Source: a virus
Taxonomy: Duplodnaviria > Caudoviricetes
Reading direction: 5' to 3' (one strand)
IMG/VR virus record: IMGVR_UViG_3300027804_000001
Span: 256,001-320,000 of that record
DNA length: 64,000 nucleotides
The translations under genes were made by a program, and so were the position numbers. This document shows, one piece after another, positions 1-8,854 of this stretch; position 1 is the stretch's first letter; the number at the start of each line of letters is the position of its first letter. The notes beneath the pieces were generated by a model. The model did no database searches and was not told where the DNA came from. It was given only the letters and a program-made list of their open reading frames with translations.

Positions 1-276
1 ATTCTTAGCAAAATAAACTTTTAAAATATTGGCAGTGTCAACTGGTTGTATTATTTGAACCTCGACAGGAACCTTAACCTCAATAGGGACTTCAACCGGT
101 ACTTCTACTTCAACTTCCACCTCCACACTATCATGTACAGGGTATGGTATTGAATCAACAATTCTAGTATATTCTACTCTATTTGGCATTATACCCTTAG
201 GATTACAATACTCCAATACCGCAATTAATAATAAGATTAAAATTATTATATTTCTTAATTCAAATATTTTTTTCAT
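1..276 (-). CDS. Membrane-anchored protein with Val/Glu/Pro repeat (3'-truncated by window edge)
   Basis: Translated by hand from ATG 276: MKKIFELRNIIILILLLIAVLEYCNPKG...DSVEVEVEVEVPVEVPIEVKVPVEVQII...; open to base 1; missing from the ORF track because it has no stop. Confidence 0.8.
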   Translation of the reverse strand, partial: MKKIFELRNIIILILLLIAVLEYCNPKGIMPNRVEYTRIVDSIPYPVHDSVEVEVEVEVPVEVPIEVKVPVEVQIIQPVDTANILKVYFAKN

Positions 277-277
277 T

Positions 278-706
278 TTATTTAACAAGTAAAACCGATG
301 TGGCAATCACACCAACGAAAGTTCCAACTTTATAAAGAAAGGTCTTTCTTCTTTGTCCTTTTAGTTCTTTTAATAAACTATTAGACTTTTCTCTTTCAAG
401 TGAAAATTGTTCGTCTTTTTTTATTATTATCGTTTCTAAGTTTGCAATCTTTTGATCTTTAAGGGTGTCTTTTTGTTTTAAAAGAGATATTTGTTCGTCT
501 TTTAATTTTATAACATTACCCAATTCTTTAACTTCGGATATTGCTCCGTCACCCTTAATTAAATCTTTGATAACCAACTTAGCGATTGGAACTTTTAGTG
601 GTACTATCGTGTCCTGAGCCACCGATTTCTCGTCCTTCGTAACGGTCTGAGAAAAACTTAGCAAGGTCACTAAAAGTAAACTCGTTAACAGCATCAACTT
701 TTTCAT
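278..706 (-). CDS. Exported coiled-coil protein with signal peptide and C-terminal TM (spanin-like partner candidate)
   Basis: MKKLMLLTSLLLVTLLSFS/Q signal peptide, heptad-rich middle, RRK followed by hydrophobic C-terminus. Confidence 0.6.
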   Translation of the reverse strand: MKKLMLLTSLLLVTLLSFSQTVTKDEKSVAQDTIVPLKVPIAKLVIKDLIKGDGAISEVKELGNVIKLKDEQISLLKQKDTLKDQKIANLETIIIKKDEQFSLEREKSNSLLKELKGQRRKTFLYKVGTFVGVIATSVLLVK

Positions 707-968
707 TTGTGTTATTTTTAATAATTGTTATGTTTTTTGTTACCTTATCGATGTCACCATCAATGTTATTAATTTCTTTATCTATTGTTATAATTTTATC
801 GGTTATTTTTTCATTTAAAACGTATACCGAATCTATTTCTTTTTGAATAGAGTCAATCTTGGTATTATACCCATTTATGTCGGTTTTTATACCTTTCATC
901 TGAAAAATGGAATAACCTGCTAAAACTACAATTAACAATAAAAGAACGTCTTGTTTATTTAGTTTCAT
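579..968 (-). CDS. Type II membrane coiled-coil protein (i-spanin-like candidate)
   Basis: N-terminal TM VLLLLIVVLAGYSIF then long heptad repeat; overlaps the next gene by 128 nt. Confidence 0.6.
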   Translation of the reverse strand: MKLNKQDVLLLLIVVLAGYSIFQMKGIKTDINGYNTKIDSIQKEIDSVYVLNEKITDKIITIDKEINNIDGDIDKVTKNITIIKNNTNEKVDAVNEFTFSDLAKFFSDRYEGREIGGSGHDSTTKSSNR

Positions 969-983
969 AATGATAGATTTATA

Positions 984-991
984 TATAAATA
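984..991 (-). promoter_or_regulatory. TATTTATA motif (candidate late promoter)
   Basis: 15 nt upstream of ATG 968; same motif recurs before most structural genes. Confidence 0.5.
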
Positions 992-1006
992 GTTTAAAAA
1001 AAATAA

Positions 1007-1023
1007 GGGGATTAAAAATCCCC
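1007..1023 (-). terminator. Intrinsic terminator after clpP
   Basis: GGGGATT-TTT-AATCCCC stem-loop followed by a T-rich tract on the minus strand. Confidence 0.75.
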
Positions 1024-1051
1024 TCATTTATTTCTACCCATTTTACCTATC

Positions 1052-1723
1052 TTACTTCTTTCTAACAATTTCATCAATAATACCGTATTTGACTCCGTCC
1101 TCAGCAGATAACCAAAAGTCCCTTGTTGCGTCTCTCATAACCTCTTCTGCGGGTTTTCCACAATACCCACCTAAAAGTTCAAACAATCTATCGTTTTTCT
1201 TTTTCCACCATTTCATGGTAATTTCTGCATCTTGGATATTACCCACGGCCCCACCTGATGATTGGTGTAACATGATTTCTGAATCCTCCAACGCCCCTCT
1301 TTTACCTTTAGTACCTGCACCTAACAATACAGAACCCATAGACGCAGCCATACCGGTACAAATTGTACGAATGTCAGATTTGATATATTCCATTACATTG
1401 ACCATAGATAGTCCTGACTTTACAGAACCACCCGGACTGTCAATGTGCATAGTAATATCATTATAATCCAAACTATCAAGAAACATCAATTGGGCTTGAA
1501 CAATTGTGGACATGTGGTCATTTACCTCACCAGCAACCCAAATAATTCTTTCCATCATTAATCTACTGAAAACATCCATAACTGTAACATTCATCTGTCT
1601 TTCTTCAAGAATGTATGGTGTTAAACTGTTTTCAATAAGGTTGTTATACTGATGTAATTTTAAAGAACCAATTCCTTTGTCTCTTGCATAAAGATTAAAA
1701 TCTTTAATATCTTTTAATTCCAT
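1052..1723 (-). CDS. clpP: ATP-dependent Clp protease proteolytic subunit
   Basis: DVFSRLMMERII, IDSPGGSV, GMAASMG (Ser), MLHQ (His), RDFWLSAE (Asp); start moved to ATG 1723 (MELKDIK). Confidence 0.95.
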   Translation of the reverse strand: MELKDIKDFNLYARDKGIGSLKLHQYNNLIENSLTPYILEERQMNVTVMDVFSRLMMERIIWVAGEVNDHMSTIVQAQLMFLDSLDYNDITMHIDSPGGSVKSGLSMVNVMEYIKSDIRTICTGMAASMGSVLLGAGTKGKRGALEDSEIMLHQSSGGAVGNIQDAEITMKWWKKKNDRLFELLGGYCGKPAEEVMRDATRDFWLSAEDGVKYGIIDEIVRKK

Positions 1724-1744
1724 ATAAGTATGTTTTGTTTTTAA

Positions 1745-1776
1745 CAAATATAAACCAAAAAAAACCAAAAACCAAA
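1745..1776 (-). promoter_or_regulatory. Bacteroidota-type sigma70 promoter
   Basis: TTTG (1773-1776), 20-nt spacer, TATATTTG (1745-1752): exact TAnnTTTG -7 element. Confidence 0.7.
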
Positions 1777-1777
1777 A

Positions 1778-4120
1778 CTAAGATATTTTTGTGGTAATAA
1801 AATCTATTGAGGAAATATTATCGTCCTTTTTAATCATAATAATATTATCCGACCAATTACGAATTAGAGAGTTGTGAGAAATAACTAATATATGTTCAAA
1901 ATAATTTTTGATTTTCTTGAAAAATTCACCTACCATATCCAAATTCTCATCCGCAATCTTACCAAAAACTTCGTCCATTACCACAATATTTGGTTTAGGT
2001 AATGACGATATTTTAGTCAAAACACTACGAAGTGCCAATGATGATATTGTTCTTTCATAACCCGAACCAGCATTTAATGGTTTAACTACCCTCGTTTCCG
2101 TATCAATCATGACAAATTCAACTTCATTCTTATCATTCACATTTAACTCTAAAATAAAGTGACAACTATCAACCAACAAACGATATAATTCTTGATTTAA
2201 CAATGGTATCATGTTTTTCATGATAACTTTTGAAATCCCATTTTTACCATATATTGTCAGATAAATTTTAAACACATTCAATAACTCTTCTTCTGATTTA
2301 ATTTTCTTTATTAAATCATCGTTTGTTAATATTTTAGTTTTCATAACCTCAATATTTGTGTTATGTTTTTCAATTGTTGTATTTGCAACTCTTATGTCGG
2401 CGTTTGCGGTTTCAATCTTAGATCTTAATGCAATTATTTCCGCATCGATTTTTTGATTATGTTCTAATTTCTTTTTATTATTTTCATAATTGTTTAATTT
2501 ACCTTGTTTGGTGTCAATCTCTAATTGTTTTTGTTCAACCTCTAATTCGTATCTTGCCTTACGAAGTTTATTTTTTTCGTAAGTATCAAATTGAGTTTTT
2601 AGATTTTCAAATGATTCTGATTGTTCTTTTAATTTATCAAAATCTTTTTGATTCTCTTCTTTATCTTTTAGAATATTTTCTATTTCTTTTTTTAATTCTT
2701 CAATTTCATCAGTGTGGTCAACTTCATCCAATGCTCTTTTACATGTTGGACAAATTGTACCTTCTGTTAATTGTTTAATTAATTTTTCTTTTTCAGTCTT
2801 TTCGTAATTACACACAACATCAAACCCTTGAAGTTCTGCCATTTGTCCTTTTAATTCCTTATGGTCATCTTCATTATAGTATTGAGTTGGTTCTGCCACA
2901 TCAATCCCATCTGCGTTTTTTTGACTCAGATTTCTTTGTGAAATTAAATCATCAATCTCACGTTGTAAAAGTGTCGGGTTTGTTTTTATTAATTCTTGGT
3001 CGACATCATTATTTTTAGAACTAAGAACTTGTTCTTTTTTCTCTTCTAATTTTTTTAAATTTTTATCTAGTTTACCAAGTTCATTTGTAAGTCTTTCTAT
3101 TTCATTTTCAGAATTGGTGATTGAATCTTTATAATTTGTATTATCAATTTCTAATTGAGTTATGTTGTATGTATTAGATACAAGTTTCCTACTCCAATCA
3201 TTGTACAAGTTTTTTGCAACTTCTTCTTTCGCCCTTAAACTTTCTAAACCCATAAATTTAGTTAGAATTTGACCTCTGGCAGTTGGTTTGGACTCTATTA
3301 ATTGTTCTAAATTGTTTCCCGTTGTCATGATTGTTGATAGGAAATCTTCTTCACTACCGATTGCAGACGAAATAAATGATTCGGTTTCTCTTCTCTGTTC
3401 TCCTGTTAAATTTTCTACTGCACCGTCTTCTTTTCTTTTATAGAACTCAAGTTTGTTAGTGACATTGTATTCACCCGATTTACTTTTTTTACGAGTAAGT
3501 TTTCTTTCAATAACATAATCTTCACCATCAATTGTTATTTCACCTTTAACTAACACCTCATCTTTGTCAGTAAATTTATTGAAAATTTCACCGGCGGTTT
3601 TAGTCTTTGTTGTGGAATTAAAAAATAAAAACATCAACAAATCAACAGATGAAGTTGATTTACCACCAAAGTTTTTTGGTGTTGATTCTATAACGGTAAT
3701 ACCATCTAATGTAGTATAATCAATTTCGTTGTTATCCCCAAATGATAAGAAATTTGAGAATTCTATCCTCTTTACAAACCATTTATTATATCGAACTTTA
3801 TTTTGATTTGTTTTATCAATCTCACCATTTACTTTATTGTCAAGTCTATCTACTAACTCCCATTTTGTTTGGATACTGTTTTCCTTAATGAAATCCTTCA
3901 TTAATTTTTTTTGGTATTCATGGTCTAAAATATTGTCAGATGCCTCTAAAGATTCTAATACAATATCTGATTTATTAGTAAGACTTTTAGTAATAACCTG
4001 AATAGATTTGGTTTTATATTTGTCCTGAAAATATGATTTAACTCTTCTGATTTTTTCAGGAGTAAAATTTTCAGGTGTATCTTCCCAAGTTACTTTTATA
4101 AATGGATTATTATATTTCAT
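1778..4120 (-). CDS. sbcC: SbcC/Rad50/T4 gp46-like SMC ATPase with ~110-aa N-terminal extension
   Basis: EFSNFLSFG, Walker A NFGGKST, coiled coils, Zn hook CPTC, variant signature GSGYE, Walker B VVMDE, H-loop ISH. Confidence 0.9.
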   Translation of the reverse strand: MKYNNPFIKVTWEDTPENFTPEKIRRVKSYFQDKYKTKSIQVITKSLTNKSDIVLESLEASDNILDHEYQKKLMKDFIKENSIQTKWELVDRLDNKVNGEIDKTNQNKVRYNKWFVKRIEFSNFLSFGDNNEIDYTTLDGITVIESTPKNFGGKSTSSVDLLMFLFFNSTTKTKTAGEIFNKFTDKDEVLVKGEITIDGEDYVIERKLTRKKSKSGEYNVTNKLEFYKRKEDGAVENLTGEQRRETESFISSAIGSEEDFLSTIMTTGNNLEQLIESKPTARGQILTKFMGLESLRAKEEVAKNLYNDWSRKLVSNTYNITQLEIDNTNYKDSITNSENEIERLTNELGKLDKNLKKLEEKKEQVLSSKNNDVDQELIKTNPTLLQREIDDLISQRNLSQKNADGIDVAEPTQYYNEDDHKELKGQMAELQGFDVVCNYEKTEKEKLIKQLTEGTICPTCKRALDEVDHTDEIEELKKEIENILKDKEENQKDFDKLKEQSESFENLKTQFDTYEKNKLRKARYELEVEQKQLEIDTKQGKLNNYENNKKKLEHNQKIDAEIIALRSKIETANADIRVANTTIEKHNTNIEVMKTKILTNDDLIKKIKSEEELLNVFKIYLTIYGKNGISKVIMKNMIPLLNQELYRLLVDSCHFILELNVNDKNEVEFVMIDTETRVVKPLNAGSGYERTISSLALRSVLTKISSLPKPNIVVMDEVFGKIADENLDMVGEFFKKIKNYFEHILVISHNSLIRNWSDNIIMIKKDDNISSIDFITTKIS

Positions 4121-4643
4121 ATGAATTCTCGAGTTCCCAAACTTCGTTAATTAAATTGTAGGTTTCTACATGTTCTCTTTTAAATGATAACCAATCTTCA
4201 AGTTCATCACTATTATTTGGTTGAAATCTTGTTCTATATACTTTATCTGGATTACGTATTGTGTCAGGCCTAACTACAATCATCTGTGTAAAATCTTTAT
4301 TTGACCTAACGTATGTGTTAATTTTTGCCGATGGGTTCTCTCTTAATTTATTATAAAAATAATATTCCTCTAACCAATATTTTTCTTTTCTTATTGGTAT
4401 GTTTAAAGTTTTAAATGATAAACCTGAAATTAAAGAATACTTTTCATTAGACCAAAAATCACCATTCCAACCACCTCGTTCAACTTCTACACCCAAAAGA
4501 GTTTCAGTTGCACCTGTCAAATCGATTACTCTCATTTCTGGTGGGGTTTCATTCAATTGAATTTTAAAATGTGTTTTATAAAAATCAATAACGGCATTTC
4601 TAACTGGTTCATCATTGTAACTTGTTCCTCTTAAATTTGGCAT
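4110..4643 (-). CDS. Putative restriction-endonuclease-fold (PD-(D/E)XK-like) protein
   Basis: IDL...LGVEVERGGW resembles the D...ExE/K catalytic arrangement; inference only. Confidence 0.4.
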   Translation of the reverse strand: MPNLRGTSYNDEPVRNAVIDFYKTHFKIQLNETPPEMRVIDLTGATETLLGVEVERGGWNGDFWSNEKYSLISGLSFKTLNIPIRKEKYWLEEYYFYNKLRENPSAKINTYVRSNKDFTQMIVVRPDTIRNPDKVYRTRFQPNNSDELEDWLSFKREHVETYNLINEVWELENSYEI

Positions 4644-4648
4644 TAAAC

Positions 4649-4960
4649 TTATTTTAATCTACTCTCCTCAAAAAACTCTATTATGGCATTTAATGCCCAA
4701 ACTGAACCGGCGGTAAACATTCCATCAAAGAAAATACCTAAAGTCCAGTGTACGTTAAGAACCGGACTTGTTACACCACCTAAAACGATTGACATAAAGA
4801 AACCAACCCATGTTGATGTACACAACGTGCAACTAATTAAATCACCAAAAAATTTAGAATGTTTTTTAATAAATTCTCTCGTAGATTCAAAAATGGTACC
4901 CCAAACAAGTATTGATGTCATACCATACGCAATCATAATCCATAAAAATAATATATCCAT
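4649..4960 (-). CDS. Small membrane protein, DUF1360-like
   Basis: Three hydrophobic segments and LISCTLCTSTW (CxxCxSxW) motif. Confidence 0.6.
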   Translation of the reverse strand: MDILFLWIMIAYGMTSILVWGTIFESTREFIKKHSKFFGDLISCTLCTSTWVGFFMSIVLGGVTSPVLNVHWTLGIFFDGMFTAGSVWALNAIIEFFEESRLK

Positions 4961-4977
4961 AATGATTAAATTTTACT

Positions 4978-5009
4978 AGAATATAAGGAAAAAAATTTAC
5001 AAAGACAAA
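4978..5009 (-). promoter_or_regulatory. Bacteroidota-type promoter variant
   Basis: TTTG (5006-5009), 20-nt spacer, TATATTCT (4978-4985) upstream of ATG 4960. Confidence 0.5.
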
Positions 5010-5552
5010 CTATTCAGAATAAAGACTTCCTAAATCACTATTCTTCATGTATTTTGCTTTACTAAACTTATCTAAAGATTGATTTATCTTATCGAGTTCT
5101 TTTTTTAATTTTTCGTTTTCTTTTTTAAGTTCATCAATTTCTTTGGTGTCAACAACTTCTTTAATTGTTGGTACTTCTATCTTAACTTCTTTGATTACTT
5201 CTTTTGTTATTATTTGTGTATCTCCCTTAATTTGAACGGGTACCTCTTTAATAACCTCAACAATTTTTTCTACCGGTACTTCTTTAATGACCTCTTTAAT
5301 CACCACTTTCTCAACGGGTACTTCCTTTATTACCTCTACTATTTTTTCTACGGGTACCTCTTTTATTACTTCTTTTTCAATAATTTTTTCTTTGGTTGAT
5401 TTAATAGGGGTATCAGGATATTTTAAAAATGAGAATCCTCTATTGAATGTTTCTTTCGCAAGTTTTTCAACGTCATCAATATTATTTAATTGACAATATT
5501 GTATAAATTCATCATCTAAATTAAGTGTCTTCTTTTTTTTGAAATTACTCAC
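5010..5552 (-). CDS. Protein with alveolin/articulin-like KEVPVEKIVEV repeats and C-terminal coiled coil
   Basis: GTG start overlapping the upstream stop; repeats EVIKEVPVEKIVEVIKEVPVEK... Confidence 0.75.
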   Translation of the reverse strand: MSNFKKKKTLNLDDEFIQYCQLNNIDDVEKLAKETFNRGFSFLKYPDTPIKSTKEKIIEKEVIKEVPVEKIVEVIKEVPVEKVVIKEVIKEVPVEKIVEVIKEVPVQIKGDTQIITKEVIKEVKIEVPTIKEVVDTKEIDELKKENEKLKKELDKINQSLDKFSKAKYMKNSDLGSLYSE

Positions 5553-6243
5553 TTTCTGTTTGTTTACTCAAATAATCTCTAATAAGTCTAAGATCCGTCA
5601 TTCTTTCGTTGTGCTTTTCTTCAGTAAAAAAACTAAAGTATGCTATAAAGTTTTTATCGGGATGTGATTCAATTGTTATTTCATCTTGAATAAATTCTCT
5701 TTCATGAAAAATTTGTATATCGTCTTCATATATCGATATATTTAAATCATTACTAATTAACTGAACCCAACTATCACAAGCACCACTATTTGACCATCTA
5801 CCTGTGACATCTATCCATTTTTTAGGGATTATTGGAAATAACATTTGATTGTCTTTTCTACAATAATCTGTTTGATTGGTTACTAACGGATTAACAACTA
5901 CAAATTTATTTTTGTATTTATCCATTACCAAATCATAATCTTTTGATGTCATCATACAATCATCATTCCACAATAGTAAAAACTCACCTGTGGCATCTTT
6001 TGATGTTGCATTAACATATAAATTTAGGTTTCTATAAAAATGTCTCTCAGATACATACAACTTAATAAATGGTTTATCTGTAATGTATTCTTTTGTTTTT
6101 TGAACAGTTTCAACATCGTCATCATCCATTGCAACCAATATTTCTAAATTATTTAAATCTGAACAATTTTCAATTAGGCTGTTTGTAGATTTAACAAACA
6201 AATCATATCTTTTTCTTGTTGGGAATATTATACTTATTTTCAT
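5545..6243 (-). CDS. GT-A fold glycosyltransferase (GT2-like)
   Basis: KISIIFPTRKR, EILVAMDDDD, FLLLWNDD (DXD-like) motifs. Confidence 0.85.
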   Translation of the reverse strand: MKISIIFPTRKRYDLFVKSTNSLIENCSDLNNLEILVAMDDDDVETVQKTKEYITDKPFIKLYVSERHFYRNLNLYVNATSKDATGEFLLLWNDDCMMTSKDYDLVMDKYKNKFVVVNPLVTNQTDYCRKDNQMLFPIIPKKWIDVTGRWSNSGACDSWVQLISNDLNISIYEDDIQIFHEREFIQDEITIESHPDKNFIAYFSFFTEEKHNERMTDLRLIRDYLSKQTESE

Positions 6244-6244
6244 A

Positions 6245-7063
6245 TTATCCTAAATTTAATAATTCTTCTTTTTCATTTTCAATATCTGTTATATCATCAA
6301 TTGAGAAATGTAAAAACGGTTGTTCATTTTGCAAATCGTGAAAAGTATATTCATCGGATTTGATATCATAAATACCATATCCATGATGTTTTACGGTTTC
6401 ACCAAAATTCTGTTGGATTAAAGAACCAACCATTATTCCTTTACCTCCACCAGGTAATTTAAATTGTTGTCTTTTGTGAATATCACCACAAAGAAGTAAA
6501 TCCAAATCAACAAAATTTAATCTATCATAACCATCTTCAAATTGATATCCTATATCGGTTGACATTCCTTGGATTACTCCGTGAAATAAACCAATATGGA
6601 ATTGACCTTCTTCTTTTTTAAAGTCAGGTCTTTCATTATGTTGGTACAATGAATAAACAACCCAATTTATATTATCATCTTTATAAACACCACTATCTTT
6701 TAGATAGGTGATGTTTTTATTGTCAAGTAATTCAACTATTGGTGTTATACTATCTATACGTTGTGTGTTGTTCTCTAAAAAATCATGATTACCTGGAATT
6801 ATAATTGTCTTACCATAACTTGATAATTGATTCAAAAACCAACTTGTTAATAACAACTGTTCGTTTGAAATATTAATCTTTTGGTGTGCAATGTCACCAG
6901 CAATAACAATACGAATTTCATCCCATCTAATACCTTCAGATGTCCATTTTGCACTATGTTCTTTAATCTCTTCAATTAATTTTTCAAATTGTTTTTTGTA
7001 CAGTTCGTGTAATTGAATTGTTCTGATATGGATATCAGCGATATGTATAAGTTTTTTTACCAT
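6245..7063 (-). CDS. sbcD: SbcD/Mre11/T4 gp47-like metallophosphoesterase nuclease (short C-terminus)
   Basis: HIADIH, AGDIAH, PGNHD, LFHG, GDIHK motifs. Confidence 0.9.
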   Translation of the reverse strand: MVKKLIHIADIHIRTIQLHELYKKQFEKLIEEIKEHSAKWTSEGIRWDEIRIVIAGDIAHQKINISNEQLLLTSWFLNQLSSYGKTIIIPGNHDFLENNTQRIDSITPIVELLDNKNITYLKDSGVYKDDNINWVVYSLYQHNERPDFKKEEGQFHIGLFHGVIQGMSTDIGYQFEDGYDRLNFVDLDLLLCGDIHKRQQFKLPGGGKGIMVGSLIQQNFGETVKHHGYGIYDIKSDEYTFHDLQNEQPFLHFSIDDITDIENEKEELLNLG

Positions 7064-7916
7064 AATTAATATATTTTGAAAGGTCTAAATCCATTACAAT
7101 TTTATTTACTTTTTGTGGTACTTTATATTCCACATATGAACCATCTTCTTTCAATAAGACAATCACACACCCTAATAATTTTAGGTTTTCATATTTGGTA
7201 CCTTTTAACATCTTTAATAACAATCTCGCATACAATGGTAATTGTAAATAATAATGACCTAATGCCGTATCGTGATATTCATTAAATGGTGAGAACATTT
7301 TACCCGTGTAATGTTGTACTTCAAAGTTCTTTGGTTGATTTGTTTTCCAATCTGTAATTACCAAACCAAAATCGGTTTGTTCTTTATTTAACATCAACCA
7401 ACATTTATCGGGTTGTCCTGTGTAACCCAATTCATTATCACCAAGAACAATTTCGGTATCAAGTAAAACCGCACCTCTTTCTTCCATTAATGTTAAAAAT
7501 TCTTTACCGGCTTTAATCATGTTATTACTCCTGGTCAACTGAGTTTCATCACATTCGAAAATTGGTTGTCTCACATCTTTGTAATTACCATTTCTATTAA
7601 CGGCTTCAGTCTCAAGTTCAAAGTGAACTCTACTACCCATGTTTGTAGCATAACTACCTGCTTGTCTCCATTGTTCTTGTAATTCGGCGGCGGCTTCAGG
7701 GTCACCATTGGACATTCTCAATGAGGTTCCTTCCGCATCAAACGCTTTATGAAATTTCTTGATTAATTTGGAAACAGATGGAAATGTTTTTCTAAGAACA
7801 CCATCAATATCTCTCATATAATAAATGTGTTCTTCCTCCACAAATGTTATATCAAGTTCATTTCTTCTTTTTTCTAATAATTCATTTATCTCTTTTGAGA
7901 TTTCTACTAAATTCAT
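7035..7916 (-). CDS. PD-(D/E)XK superfamily exonuclease
   Basis: GSRVH, TE, GQPDK, DWKT, YxxQLxLY motifs. Confidence 0.85.
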   Translation of the reverse strand: MNLVEISKEINELLEKRRNELDITFVEEEHIYYMRDIDGVLRKTFPSVSKLIKKFHKAFDAEGTSLRMSNGDPEAAAELQEQWRQAGSYATNMGSRVHFELETEAVNRNGNYKDVRQPIFECDETQLTRSNNMIKAGKEFLTLMEERGAVLLDTEIVLGDNELGYTGQPDKCWLMLNKEQTDFGLVITDWKTNQPKNFEVQHYTGKMFSPFNEYHDTALGHYYLQLPLYARLLLKMLKGTKYENLKLLGCVIVLLKEDGSYVEYKVPQKVNKIVMDLDLSKYINYGKKTYTYR

Positions 7917-8854
7917 TAATCTAATTGTTTTATTTTATATTCACTTAAATCACCTTTCAAATCGGCAATATCTTTATCTCCTTCTAATTTTACTATCCAT
8001 ACTTTACCCATTAATTTACCACAATTTAACTTGTGGAATAATTTTTCAGCATCAGACCAAGCATCAGGATCCAAGACTATAATAATCTTTTTAGCAGAAT
8101 TATAAAGTCTATTGAATAAATTTTGAGTCATATATTTTCCCAACATTGGTATTGAGTTGTCAAGAAATATGGAATCAAACGCACCTTCAACAATATAAAT
8201 TGGTTCATCCCAATTTATTAAATGTTCATTCCACAATAAACTTTCCTTATCAATTTCAGGATTTTTATACTTCATTTTGGTTCTTGTAAGAAAAGAACGA
8301 GCAATAAAATAATTTAAGTTTTTATTTATATCATAAGATGGAATGATAATTCTATTTTCATATAATCCTTGGTAACAAAATCCAATATTATATTTCTCAA
8401 TCATTTCATCTGTTATGTTTCTACTTTTTATATAATTCCAAGCCTGTTTAAATTGTGGTGTCAATTTAAGTCCAAGACTTACATTTTTAAAAGGAATAAA
8501 TTCTTTTGGTAATCTTACTTGTTTATAAACCCTTTTTGGTGAATCAAAATCTTCGGGTTTTAATAATTGATATTTTTTTAATTGTTTAGGGGTTCCGTAT
8601 TTTTTAATTAGTTTAAATAAAGATCCGTGTGTTTCATGTGTTTCCGCACAAACCCAACATTTAAAAACATTTTGTTTATAGTTTACCTCAAGATTTCCCT
8701 TTCCATCTCCGTGGTCTAAACCTTTTATATCGTAAGAACAAACAGGACAGTCAAAAGACATCTGTCCTCGGTAATCATTGTGCATTTTATAATCACCTAG
8801 AATATCTTCTAGTATTTCAATTACACCCGAAAAGTCTACCTCTTGTTCAGTCAT
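7916..8854 (-). CDS. DNA primase (Zn finger + TOPRIM)
   Basis: CPVC...CWVC, IVEGAFD, LDPDA; true start probably ATG 8854 (MTEQEVDF), not 8935. Confidence 0.9.
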   Translation of the reverse strand: MTEQEVDFSGVIEILEDILGDYKMHNDYRGQMSFDCPVCSYDIKGLDHGDGKGNLEVNYKQNVFKCWVCAETHETHGSLFKLIKKYGTPKQLKKYQLLKPEDFDSPKRVYKQVRLPKEFIPFKNVSLGLKLTPQFKQAWNYIKSRNITDEMIEKYNIGFCYQGLYENRIIIPSYDINKNLNYFIARSFLTRTKMKYKNPEIDKESLLWNEHLINWDEPIYIVEGAFDSIFLDNSIPMLGKYMTQNLFNRLYNSAKKIIIVLDPDAWSDAEKLFHKLNCGKLMGKVWIVKLEGDKDIADLKGDLSEYKIKQLD

